Notes: generated by a model not told the origin, from the letters alone. Positions 53,017 through 61,301 are shown, counted from the stretch's first letter. The stretch: 64,000 nt of DNA from Candidatus Aenigmatarchaeota archaeon (GCA_016187395.1 JACPJV010000033.1:2151-66150), one strand, 5' to 3'. Numbers and translations: made by a program.

Positions 53017-53112
53017 TATAGTGAAACCACAAATGAAACGGAACATGACATTTGTGCTTTCCCATATAGCAAACCAACTTTGCTATGCGGTTTATTAAGT
53101 TGGTTTGCTATA
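53017..53112 (+). mobile_element. TA-bracketed double-hairpin (MITE-like) element, copy 3 (compact reference copy)
   Basis: tatagtgaaac-cacaaatg-aaacggaacatga-catttgtg-ctttcccata followed by tagcaaaccaactt-...-aagttggtttgctata. Confidence 0.65.
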
Positions 53113-53121
53113 ACGCCACAT

Positions 53122-53235
53122 ATGGTCAATCTAAGAAACGAAGGCTACTCATATGGCTATATCTCTGAAAAATTAGATTTGCCAATAGCTACAGTTTGGA
53201 GAAATTTGAATAAGGATCATGTCAAACAAAAATAA
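53122..53235 (+). CDS. possible 37-aa helix-turn-helix peptide
   Basis: Hand translation gives MVNLRNEGYSYGYISEKLDLPIATVWRNLNKDHVKQK, which looks like a resolvase/transposase-type HTH. It starts 10 nt after the MITE-like copy. Confidence 0.3.
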   Translation: MVNLRNEGYSYGYISEKLDLPIATVWRNLNKDHVKQK

Positions 53236-53282
53236 CAAAAATAAGTCGCAATGTTTCCGAGAGACAGAAGCAGGCTAGAGCC

Positions 53283-53660
53283 TTATCTTTTTCCAAGATA
53301 TTTCTCTCTTATCGAATAAGATATGCACATTCTGATTATTTCTGCGGTTTCAGCTTCATCGTTATCAGGGTCTCTTGTCTCTAATTCACCCTGATCGTAA
53401 TCTTTTTCTTCCATCACACCTCTGAGATATACAGAAATATCACCTTCAGGATTCATGTCTCCTGTCCTGCTGTCATAGAACACCCTTGCATCCATGACAT
53501 AAACCTTCCCACCAACACCGACACAGATTTGTTTCACCTCTTCTGTCGTTGCTTTTACTCCGGCAAACTCACCAAACCTGCCTTCATTCATCACTTTGCA
53601 TCCGTATCCCTCAAGTTTATGCCTTATCATTCTAGAATCCAAATAGCGCATATCATTCAA
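53283..53660 (-). CDS. hypothetical protein
   Basis: 125-aa ORF. No family recognised. Confidence 0.5.
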   Translation of the reverse strand: MNDMRYLDSRMIRHKLEGYGCKVMNEGRFGEFAGVKATTEEVKQICVGVGGKVYVMDARVFYDSRTGDMNPEGDISVYLRGVMEEKDYDQGELETRDPDNDEAETAEIIRMCISYSIREKYLGKR

Positions 53661-53679
53661 ATGAAGAAAATGTTTTAAT

Positions 53680-54288
53680 CTACATCCTTGTCAGCTCGAG
53701 ATCCTCACTGTCAGCTTCAGGAACAGGCTCTGGATATATGCCATAAACCAGCCTCAACGTTACAATATCCCTGTATTCAGCCGGATAAGCCATTCTGTTA
53801 ACAACCCCTCTTAATACAACCTCCTCCAGGGGATAAGGGTGTATAACATCTCCATCAGGAAATGTCTCAAAGGTAATAGGAACTACCCCTTCTTTTCTCC
53901 TTAGGAGGGTTTTTTCTATCGTTCTGTTTACCAATTCTTTATGCGTTTCACCGTCATCAGGGAAAGTTTTGTGATGATCCTCGAGAAAGTATCTGGGCAC
54001 GATTAAAGTCCTGTCCTTTGTGGTAATTCTCATAGTTTTTGCAGCCCGTATATGCGCATGATACCCTGATATGCCTTGTCTTCTTAATTCCCTGCGAAGG
54101 GCAATGTCACCAGGCCCCACATCGGTTCCTACCTTGACTACAGATCCCTCTGTTGTAGGAAGCCTTATCCTGCGTATAGGATTCCCGCCTCTTTCAGCCG
54201 GAAACCCTGCATTGCAGCATTCCGCATCTACTTCTACGTATCCCAGGGCGTTGACGCCTGGCGGCAGTTCAGGAGCTTTATATTGCAT
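53680..54288 (-). CDS. hypothetical protein
   Basis: 202-aa ORF. No family recognised. Confidence 0.55.
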   Translation of the reverse strand: MQYKAPELPPGVNALGYVEVDAECCNAGFPAERGGNPIRRIRLPTTEGSVVKVGTDVGPGDIALRRELRRQGISGYHAHIRAAKTMRITTKDRTLIVPRYFLEDHHKTFPDDGETHKELVNRTIEKTLLRRKEGVVPITFETFPDGDVIHPYPLEEVVLRGVVNRMAYPAEYRDIVTLRLVYGIYPEPVPEADSEDLELTRM

Positions 54289-54330
54289 GCGATCACATAA
54301 CTACTCAAGAGTAAACATATTTAAGCTTTG

Positions 54331-54915
54331 TTAAGCGCCTCCCCTGCTTTCGCCGGAAAGCCCGCCGGCAATAAGGTGCGCAACCCTCAGAGGCTCGGGT
54401 ATAAAGGATCTTGTGCTTGTCAGTGAAAGAAGCCTTTCGCAGAACTCTTTTGTGCACCCGGCCTTTTGGTAGTATATAGTCCCTTTCTGGCCTCTGAATT
54501 CAATAACCCTGCCGGTCTTTTCAACGATTCGCAGGCGTCTTCTATGATCTGCAAATATTTTCTTAATCGCATTTTTGAATTCACGCATGTTCGGTTTTCT
54601 TCTCTGCACAGCTATCACAGGTTTTTGCGTTATTTTACTGAGCGCATTAATATCCACTATGTTGAATCCGCCAAAGGTTATGCCGTCGGTCATGATGACG
54701 CTAAGCTGGTCGTAGTGCCTGGATTTTATAATTGCAGAAGCAATTGTTTCCGTGGAATCCACGCCGTCCACCTTTACTTTAGTTGTAAGCACGCCGTCCA
54801 CCCACTGCCCTCCCCGCATTATAACTCCTACCAGTTGCACGCTCTTTTGGTTTTTTGTATGTCTGGAGTCGTCCCAGCCTATGACGCGGATCTCGGGCTT
54901 TATGAATAGTGGCAT
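54331..54915 (-). CDS. UPF0215/DUF99 family protein (endonuclease V-like fold)
   Basis: IRVIGWDDS...LVGVIMRGGQWVDGVL...VDGVDSTE...MTDGITFGGFNIVDI...PVIAV. Confidence 0.75.
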   Translation of the reverse strand: MPLFIKPEIRVIGWDDSRHTKNQKSVQLVGVIMRGGQWVDGVLTTKVKVDGVDSTETIASAIIKSRHYDQLSVIMTDGITFGGFNIVDINALSKITQKPVIAVQRRKPNMREFKNAIKKIFADHRRRLRIVEKTGRVIEFRGQKGTIYYQKAGCTKEFCERLLSLTSTRSFIPEPLRVAHLIAGGLSGESRGGA

Positions 54916-55016
54916 GAGAGAAAAATATGAATCTATCTTAAAAAGGCGAGTGAAAAAGCGAAAAACATACTGCCTATTTAAATTTATATCGGAAAAACCA
55001 TCTACTGTTGATAATT

Positions 55017-55862
55017 ATGCTTGTAGAAACCCACGTGCACACGCGCTATTCAAAAGGCGAAAGAGTGCTGTTTGACGCCATAGACTCGCCGTCATCAATG
55101 GTAGAGGCGGCAATAAGGAACGGCATAGACGTTCTTAGCATAAGCGACCATGATACGACAAGGGGAGTCGCAGAAGCAAAGAAAGCAGCTGCAGGAAAGG
55201 ATATCATGATAGTGCAGGGCGAAGAGATTAGCAGCAGCGATGGCCATGTGCTTGCCTTCGGCATAAGCGAAAGAATTGCAGAAGGAAAAAGCGCAGAAGA
55301 GACCATCGACGCGATAAGAGAGCAGGCAGGCCTTGCAATAGCCCCCCATCCGTTCGACATCTACAAAAAGGGGGTCAAGTCAAAAGCACAGCTGTGCGAC
55401 GCTGTTGAAGTTTTTAATCCACTGAACATCGACAGGCTTTCCAACAGGAGAAGCCGGAAGTGGGTTAAAGATAAGAAGCTCGTAGCAGTCGCAGGAAGCG
55501 ATGCCCATTGCAAGGAAATGCTGGGTTTTGGATCGCTCATCCTGCCCGAGAGATACGACAGCATAGATTCGGTAATAAAGGCAATTAAGAACGGCAAAAG
55601 CACGCACAGGACGCAGTACAATCCATTGTCAACAACGCTCCGCTGGAATGTGCAGAGGATGCAGCTTTCCTACGACCAGGTTCTTGATCACATCATGAAG
55701 AACTACACAGGCCCGAAGAAGCACCTGAGCAAATGGCTTTTGAAGAGTACGAAACACAGCCCCGGGAAAATCGATTATTTCTACAAGCTTTTGGCATATA
55801 TAGGCATCAGCTCCTCCGTCATCTACAGCGCCACGAAGGGAAGAAGAATCATGGAGATGTAG
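55017..55862 (+). CDS. PHP-domain phosphoesterase
   Basis: ETHVHTRYS, ISDHD, HPFD and GSDAH metal-binding motifs. The track start is the TTG at 55008. Confidence 0.8.
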   Translation: MLVETHVHTRYSKGERVLFDAIDSPSSMVEAAIRNGIDVLSISDHDTTRGVAEAKKAAAGKDIMIVQGEEISSSDGHVLAFGISERIAEGKSAEETIDAIREQAGLAIAPHPFDIYKKGVKSKAQLCDAVEVFNPLNIDRLSNRRSRKWVKDKKLVAVAGSDAHCKEMLGFGSLILPERYDSIDSVIKAIKNGKSTHRTQYNPLSTTLRWNVQRMQLSYDQVLDHIMKNYTGPKKHLSKWLLKSTKHSPGKIDYFYKLLAYIGISSSVIYSATKGRRIMEM

Positions 55863-56094
55863 CATATCTTCTTGTGAATAGATTTGGCATTGCAGAAATA
55901 ACCCTGCCGGTTGTATATGAAATAATGCCAATAGCAGGCATCTCCCTCGTCCGCCTTCTGAACTCTTCCCTCCCAAAACGTTGGCTGTAGAATGAAGCCT
56001 GACGAAGGTTATCCAAAGCTATCGCAGCATCACCAAGCAAATACGACACTCCCAGAAGCGTCAGCGCAAGTTTGTTCACGCTGTCCATAATCAC
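55849..56094 (-). CDS. small hypothetical protein ending YATSP
   Basis: 81-aa ORF. Its C-terminal region resembles that of 56162-56410. Confidence 0.4.
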   Translation of the reverse strand: MIMDSVNKLALTLLGVSYLLGDAAIALDNLRQASFYSQRFGREEFRRRTREMPAIGIISYTTGRVISAMPNLFTRRYATSP

Positions 56095-56161
56095 TTATTG
56101 CTCATTAATATATTAATAAGTTTTCAGTCCTGCCCTAATTTTTATCCACCAGCAGAAGGAG

Positions 56162-56410
56162 TCATGGCGATGTAGGATATGATTTTCTTCCACACCATAG
56201 TCCTGCAGTTGCTATAAGCAATCCTTTACTTGCAAATGAAATAGGACCGAATGACTCATGATTCCTAATCATTTTTACTCTACATTGTTCTTTAGTCAGA
56301 CCATGGTGTCTGTAAAGAACGGCTAAATGAATTTGTTCAGCAGCAGTCATCAAATCTACAAATCCAATACCACCCAATAATACATAACTAGCAACTTCCT
56401 CTGGATACAT
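56162..56410 (-). CDS. small hypothetical protein ending YPTSP
   Basis: 82-aa ORF, a paralog-like neighbour of 55849-56094. Confidence 0.4.
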   Translation of the reverse strand: MYPEEVASYVLLGGIGFVDLMTAAEQIHLAVLYRHHGLTKEQCRVKMIRNHESFGPISFASKGLLIATAGLWCGRKSYPTSP

Positions 56411-56435
56411 AATTTTCTTTCTTATTCAAATCTTT

Positions 56436-56530
56436 TATAGTGCTACAAGGAATAAATCGGGATATAATAATTCCTTGTGCACTATACTGTGAAACAAGGA
56501 CATGTCGGTATTATTCCTTGTTTCACATTA
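56436..56530 (+). repeat. S5 double-hairpin element, copy 2
   Basis: tatagtgctacaaggaat...attccttgtgcactata followed by gtgaaacaagga...tccttgtttcac. The changes relative to copy 1 are compensatory. Confidence 0.6.
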
Positions 56531-56533
56531 AAG

Positions 56534-57076
56534 CTACCACGGCACCGTCTTCAGCTTTGCGTTGTAAGCGACAAAATTCGCTGCCCTGTGGATCACGTAA
56601 GTGATTGCAATCATGTACACAGCCATCGCAGGCGTTATCTGGATAAATGGATATGCAAAAATCATCGCAAATATTATGAAACCCAGCCTGTCAAGAAGAG
56701 GCTCCTTTCCTCCGCGTTCAATTCCCATCCGCCTCTTGAAAAAACTGCCGAGAATATCACCGCACATTGTGCCTGCGGCAATCGCCAGGGCTAGAGGCAG
56801 CGTTATCTGCGGCAATAGAACATTATATTGCGCTGCGTATCCCTGCAAAGCAGGCATCACGTAGTATTCCAGTGCACCAACAAGAAATCCTGCTGCTATG
56901 CCCAAAGCAGTGCCTTCTATAGTCTTGCCATCGCCTAATATACGGTTTTTTCCCAGGCCTTTTCCAAAATCCAGAGGCCTTTTGCCTCCGACCAGGACTG
57001 GAACGGCATTGGCCGCATACGCGGGAAACAAGATAAACCACACAAGTACAAAATCCACCCAGAGTTGGAGCGGCAT
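56534..57076 (-). CDS. carS: CDP-archaeol synthase
   Basis: ANAVPVLVGG..PLDFGK, ILGDGKTIEG, GDILGSFFKRRMGIERG and C-terminal KLKTVPW match CarS (DUF46). Confidence 0.88.
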   Translation of the reverse strand: MPLQLWVDFVLVWFILFPAYAANAVPVLVGGKRPLDFGKGLGKNRILGDGKTIEGTALGIAAGFLVGALEYYVMPALQGYAAQYNVLLPQITLPLALAIAAGTMCGDILGSFFKRRMGIERGGKEPLLDRLGFIIFAMIFAYPFIQITPAMAVYMIAITYVIHRAANFVAYNAKLKTVPW

Positions 57077-57127
57077 ATCTTTTATTGTGAATTACTAATT
57101 TAAAAAGCGTCGATGGAAATTAGCTGC

Positions 57128-58213
57128 ATGAAAATAGCCTTTTTCACAGATACGTACAAGCCGCAGGTGAACGGGGTTGTAACTTCTATAGAGCTTTTTT
57201 CGAGACAGCTGCAAAAAGAGGGGCACGAAGTGCATATATTTGCCCCTACCGGTTATGGCAAAAAGGTTCATAAAATGCCATCCTTTGGTTTCAGCCCGTA
57301 CCCAGGCTACAGGATAGGCATTCCACTGTCTGAAAAGCTCTTGTGGAAATTCAAAGAATTCAACTTCGACATAATCCACGTGCATACTCCAATATCCTTG
57401 GGAGCAGTGGGCATAGGAATGGCAAAGCACCTCGACATCCCTGTTGTCGGCACCTTTCACACAATGCTTCCTGAGTACATGCATTACCTGGGAAAGCTGA
57501 TGGGAATCAAGGGCATAAAAAGCGTTGCAAAGAAGGGAGCGTGGAAGTACTGCGCATGGTTTCATAACAGGCTCAATGCAGTCATGGCACCGTCAGAGCA
57601 GACAGCGCGCGTGCTGAAAAGGCACGGCGTAAAGAAGCCTGTTATTGTGGTCCCGACAGGAATCGACATGAGAAGAATAGGCAATGCAAAGAAAAAAAGA
57701 GAAAAGAGCATTCTCCACGTTGGAAGGATAACCAGGGAGAAGAGCATAGAAACAATCATAGACGCTCTGGCTGAGCTTCCCGAAGAAGTCACCCTTCGCA
57801 TCGCCTCAAGCGGCCCTCACGCCGCCGAGCTCAGGAAATATGTCATTGAGAAGGGCCTTAAAAAAAGGGTGAAATTCCTCGGGTATCTCTCCAATGAGGA
57901 GCTCGACAGGGAATACAAAAGCGCAGGTGTTTTCGTGATAGCCTCAAAAACAGAAACACAGGCACTGGTTCTTTTAGAAGCAGCGCTCAGAGGGCTCCCT
58001 GTTGTTGCGCTGGAGGCGCCGGTCACCGGTGATTTTGTCCGTGAAAATCAGATTGGAATAGTATCGAAAAAAGACGAACTGCCCAGGAATATAACGCAAA
58101 TCCTGCACAGAGGAAGCAAAAACTCATCGGATTTGCAGAGGCTCATGAGAAAATATGACATCAAAAACTGCACAAAAATGCTTCTGGAAGTCTACGAAAG
58201 TGTGATTAGTTGA
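57128..58213 (+). CDS. GT4-family glycosyltransferase
   Basis: MKIAFFTDTYKPQVNGV at the N-terminus and the E..G....EA motif (ETQALVLLEAALRGLPVV). Confidence 0.85.
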   Translation: MKIAFFTDTYKPQVNGVVTSIELFSRQLQKEGHEVHIFAPTGYGKKVHKMPSFGFSPYPGYRIGIPLSEKLLWKFKEFNFDIIHVHTPISLGAVGIGMAKHLDIPVVGTFHTMLPEYMHYLGKLMGIKGIKSVAKKGAWKYCAWFHNRLNAVMAPSEQTARVLKRHGVKKPVIVVPTGIDMRRIGNAKKKREKSILHVGRITREKSIETIIDALAELPEEVTLRIASSGPHAAELRKYVIEKGLKKRVKFLGYLSNEELDREYKSAGVFVIASKTETQALVLLEAALRGLPVVALEAPVTGDFVRENQIGIVSKKDELPRNITQILHRGSKNSSDLQRLMRKYDIKNCTKMLLEVYESVIS

Positions 58214-58245
58214 CATTAATAAACATAAGTCACGAAAAATAGAAT

Positions 58246-58698
58246 ATGACTCATTCTGTAAATGGAAATATAATTGTTCCCGGGAGATTCTCTGAATACG
58301 ACAGAAGATTAACTAATGGAATTGTTGAGGATTTCACAAGAAAATCTGGCAGGTATGCTGCAAGGTACGATCCAGACCATGGAATAACAACATATTCTAG
58401 GGATGGAGAAGTACAGCCATTCATTTCTGTGTTTGACAAACCAGCAGAATTATCTGAGTGGAAGCCGCATCTGGAGCCTTCCTTCAGAAGGGCACTGTAT
58501 CTTTTTGTCTGCGTTGAAAGTGGCAGCCACGTAGGTGTTCAGGATGCTGAATATGCAAAAGAGATTTATGATACTACGCTGAAACTTCGACGCTTGCTGA
58601 GGAGAGTATGTGAAAGCAAAATAGAGATTCTATTTGATGATGAGAAGAAGCTTTATCTGCCTTCTGATTTTAGAGATCTCATCAAGCAAGCCGCTTGA
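58246..58698 (+). CDS. hypothetical protein
   Basis: 150-aa ORF. No family recognised. Confidence 0.5.
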   Translation: MTHSVNGNIIVPGRFSEYDRRLTNGIVEDFTRKSGRYAARYDPDHGITTYSRDGEVQPFISVFDKPAELSEWKPHLEPSFRRALYLFVCVESGSHVGVQDAEYAKEIYDTTLKLRRLLRRVCESKIEILFDDEKKLYLPSDFRDLIKQAA

Positions 58699-58705
58699 AC
58701 ATTCT

Positions 58706-59404
58706 TTACTTATCCCAATACCACCTGAGCGTGCCCTTTCCAAAGAAGAACAACAAAGTGGATGCCAGATATACCATAGTACTCTTGAATAAGCCCCACT
58801 TTCTTACCCTGCGCATCGAAACTTCCACGGTGGCTCCTTCAAGAAAGACAAATCTCGCAATTTTATGCGCACGCACCGCCAGGTCGTGATCCTCGTTAGT
58901 CACCATGCTTTCATCAAAGCCGCCGGTTCTTTCAAAAACATTCTTCCTGTAAACAAAGCACGACCCTATGGTAAGCGGATGTCCAAGTGAAATGAAAAAG
59001 CGCGCCACAGAAACTGCTATATTATATGTGATAAAACCCTCCGAGCTTTCTGCATCATATGGTTTCAAGCTGAATATTCCGCCGCCTACCTTCCCGTCAA
59101 GATTTTTATCCAGTGTTGAAAAGAAATTTTTCGGAAGTCTTGAGTCTGCATCAAGAAAAACAAATACAGATCCCTTCGCCTTTTTTGCCCCAATGTTTCT
59201 CGCAGGCCCGGGTCCTCTTGGGCTCTGCCAGTAAACTCTTGCGCCCATCCTTTTCGCTATTTTCATAGTCCTGTCAGTTCCGCTGTCCACGACAATTATT
59301 TCCACATCGCGCCTTCCCTGCTTTTTGACAGAAGCTATGCATTTTCCTACATATGCAAGCTCATCCTTCGAAGGTATGACAACAGAATATTTTATTTTTT
59401 TCAT
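58706..59404 (-). CDS. GT2-family glycosyltransferase
   Basis: YSVVIPSKDE, IIVVDSGTDRT and FLDADS motifs. Confidence 0.85.
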   Translation of the reverse strand: MKKIKYSVVIPSKDELAYVGKCIASVKKQGRRDVEIIVVDSGTDRTMKIAKRMGARVYWQSPRGPGPARNIGAKKAKGSVFVFLDADSRLPKNFFSTLDKNLDGKVGGGIFSLKPYDAESSEGFITYNIAVSVARFFISLGHPLTIGSCFVYRKNVFERTGGFDESMVTNEDHDLAVRAHKIARFVFLEGATVEVSMRRVRKWGLFKSTMVYLASTLLFFFGKGTLRWYWDK

Positions 59405-59405
59405 T

Positions 59406-59795
59406 TTACCCCCTTTTTACAACGTTTACTGCAGACAAAATCAATGTCCCGGCAAAAATCATGACCATCGCCGCTATCTGAGGGGTTGTTATTGGTTCAC
59501 TCAGCAGATAGAAAGCCAGAAAGTTTGAGAATATAACCACTATGCCTGTAACCAATGGCACAACAGCACTTATATGCCACGTTCTGAATGCAAACTGCAT
59601 CGACAAGAATCCTGCAATTGCAAGTAATCCTGCGGCGAGTGCAAGCGGCGATATTAGAATTTCAAGTGATAATTTATCTAAAATCAGTCCCCTGGCTACA
59701 AGCGCTGCCAAGGCAATCAAAAATCCTGATAGCAGCGAAAATGCTATAGAGAGTACAGGATTATTCCTGCGCTTATCGATGCTACTGAAAGCCAT
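59406..59795 (-). CDS. small EamA/DMT-like 4-helix membrane protein
   Basis: 129-aa hydrophobic ORF. The start is uncertain because it overlaps the upstream gene by 52 nt. Confidence 0.55.
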   Translation of the reverse strand: MAFSSIDKRRNNPVLSIAFSLLSGFLIALAALVARGLILDKLSLEILISPLALAAGLLAIAGFLSMQFAFRTWHISAVVPLVTGIVVIFSNFLAFYLLSEPITTPQIAAMVMIFAGTLILSAVNVVKRG

Positions 59796-60082
59796 TCAAT
59801 CACCGACATTTTTTCCCTGAAAAAAAGAAAACCTGCAAGTATAGGAATTACAATAGTGGCTGAAAGAGATGTTTGTACGAATGAGAATGTTCCATACCGC
59901 AGGGCACCAAGATAGGCAATCGTGCCTAAAAGGCCAACAGCAAAAGAGAAGAGCCAGGTTTTATTCTTTAACAAAAGCTGTAAGGAAAATCTCCTCATCT
60001 TATTTATGGAATATTTCTGCAGGGTCGTGGCTGTGCCATACAGTATCACAGTAATTATCATCAGAAATATTTCTAAAGACAT
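59744..60082 (-). CDS. small EamA/DMT-like 4-helix membrane protein
   Basis: 112 aa. Paired half-size transporter genes next to a GT2 gene resemble ArnE/ArnF-type flippase pairs (inference). Confidence 0.6.
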   Translation of the reverse strand: MSLEIFLMIITVILYGTATTLQKYSINKMRRFSLQLLLKNKTWLFSFAVGLLGTIAYLGALRYGTFSFVQTSLSATIVIPILAGFLFFREKMSVIEWLSVASISAGIILYSL

Positions 60083-60132
60083 TAATAGAAGGAATCAAAC
60101 AGATTTAATAAAGCTTGTTTTGAGATAACAAC

Positions 60133-60360
60133 ATGGTTTCAGGCGCTCTTGACCAGGTAATGCTAATCCTGATAGGAATAGGTCACCCTGTAATTGCTGC
60201 GGCATCTATAGGATTAGGAATTTTAGTTCTGATTTTAGTGGGCCACAGTCTGGTTTTCAGAAGACACCGTTTCGAAGAAAAGACACTCATGATAGTTATC
60301 ATTGCTGCACTCTTGTTAATATTGATAGGCATATCAGGCTTTTATTTCTATGGGGTTTAA
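60133..60360 (+). CDS. small two-helix membrane protein
   Basis: 75-aa hydrophobic ORF. Confidence 0.45.
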   Translation: MVSGALDQVMLILIGIGHPVIAAASIGLGILVLILVGHSLVFRRHRFEEKTLMIVIIAALLLILIGISGFYFYGV

Positions 60361-60372
60361 TGGAAATTTGAT

Positions 60373-60702
60373 CTAGGCAATCCGTGCGCCTCCCAGGATC
60401 TCTGGCAGCTTCTTCGTGAACTCCGATTTTGACAAAACAAAAAAGCACCCCTCCCTTTTGGCTGCTTCCCTGAGCTCAACGTCAGCGTGAGACAGGTATC
60501 CGACTATTTTTGCTTCGGGATTTTTCTCTCTCAATCTGAATACAGCTTCAGAACCAAACTTATTCAAATCAAGCAGAATCAAGTCTGCGTCCTTGATCCC
60601 GAAAATATTGTTGAAAAACTGCACGTCCTTGCCAGTTTGTCTGGCTATTTCAGCTATCCTGCCTTTGAAAAATAAGTCAGATACGAGCGCGGCTGTCCTC
60701 AT
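60373..60702 (-). CDS. receiver-like (CheY-fold-like) small protein
   Basis: DLILLDLNK and KIVGYLSH resemble a response-regulator receiver domain, but the N-terminal acidic pair is not evident. Confidence 0.45.
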   Translation of the reverse strand: MRTAALVSDLFFKGRIAEIARQTGKDVQFFNNIFGIKDADLILLDLNKFGSEAVFRLREKNPEAKIVGYLSHADVELREAAKREGCFFVLSKSEFTKKLPEILGGARIA

Positions 60703-60731
60703 GAATATTTTTGTATCTAAAAAGATTAAAA

Positions 60732-61003
60732 TGCCCCCGCCGAGAGTTTCGCCAATCCCATTTCATATTACCGGAGCGAAGCTCCGAAAGTTCTTTTGGG
60801 GTTCTCCAAGACCTTTTCTTTCAAGAAAAGGGATTGGATTCGAACTCGGGTTTCAAGGTATCTGCAATTCAAATACCGCAACCTTGTGTCCTATTTGCTT
60901 CCAAGCGAAGTCTTCCGCGCGCAGCTGGTTCGCTGCGGTCGGCGTGTATTATTTCTCCCTTGCTCACGCACGCTGCGCTTGGACCAGGCTAGACTACGAG
61001 GGC
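60732..61003 (-). tRNA. tRNA-Arg (anticodon GCG) with three introns: 60895-60983 (D-loop), 60860-60875 (37/38), 60746-60838 (59/60)
   Basis: Acceptor GCCCTCG/CGGGGGC, U8, A14, G18G19, D-stem GTCT/GGAC, anticodon arm CAAGG-TTGCGG.A-CCTTG, T-arm CCGAG-TTCGAAT-CTCGG, discriminator A. Each intron sits in a helix-bulge-helix-bulge-helix fold. The spliced product is 74 nt. Confidence 0.85.
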
Positions 61004-61026
61004 TTTGTAGAAATATGGGAGCAATC

Positions 61027-61034
61027 ATTTAAAG
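61027..61034 (-). promoter_or_regulatory. TATA-like box for tRNA-Arg
   Basis: The minus strand reads tttaaat about 25-31 nt upstream of the tRNA 5' end. Confidence 0.45.
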
Positions 61035-61085
61035 TAATGCGAGAAAAGCATACGTTTTTAAGCTCTCGCCCCAAAACTAAGAGCC

Positions 61086-61241
61086 ATGAGATGCTCATCT
61101 TGCAATCTTGAATTAGAAACAGAGGAAAGGTGGACCCGGTTCAAGTGCCCTGCCTGCGGAGAAAATGAAATAAAACGCTGCGACACCTGCAGGAAGCGAG
61201 GCATCCTTTACAGGTGCGAGTGCGGCTTTGAAGGGCCGTAA
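61086..61241 (+). CDS. 51-aa double zinc-ribbon protein (the type often found next to EF-1beta)
   Basis: Hand translation gives MRCSSCNLELETEERWTRFKCPACGENEIKRCDTCRKRGILYRCECGFEGP. Confidence 0.7.
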   Translation: MRCSSCNLELETEERWTRFKCPACGENEIKRCDTCRKRGILYRCECGFEGP

Positions 61242-61301
61242 AAAATCCCGCTCTTTAGCGGAGTTTTTTCACAAAGTTAGAAAGGTCTTAGTGTATCCAC
61301 T

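Noticed and set aside
60593-61111. Plus-strand ORFs 60593-61111, 60711-60992 and 60796-61032, and the idea that GTTCGAATCC with no 3' partner marks a tRNA fragment or integration att site.
   Set aside because: The missing T-stem and acceptor halves are found 93 nt downstream across a perfect BHB motif. The region is therefore an intron-containing tRNA-Arg gene, and the ORFs are spurious.
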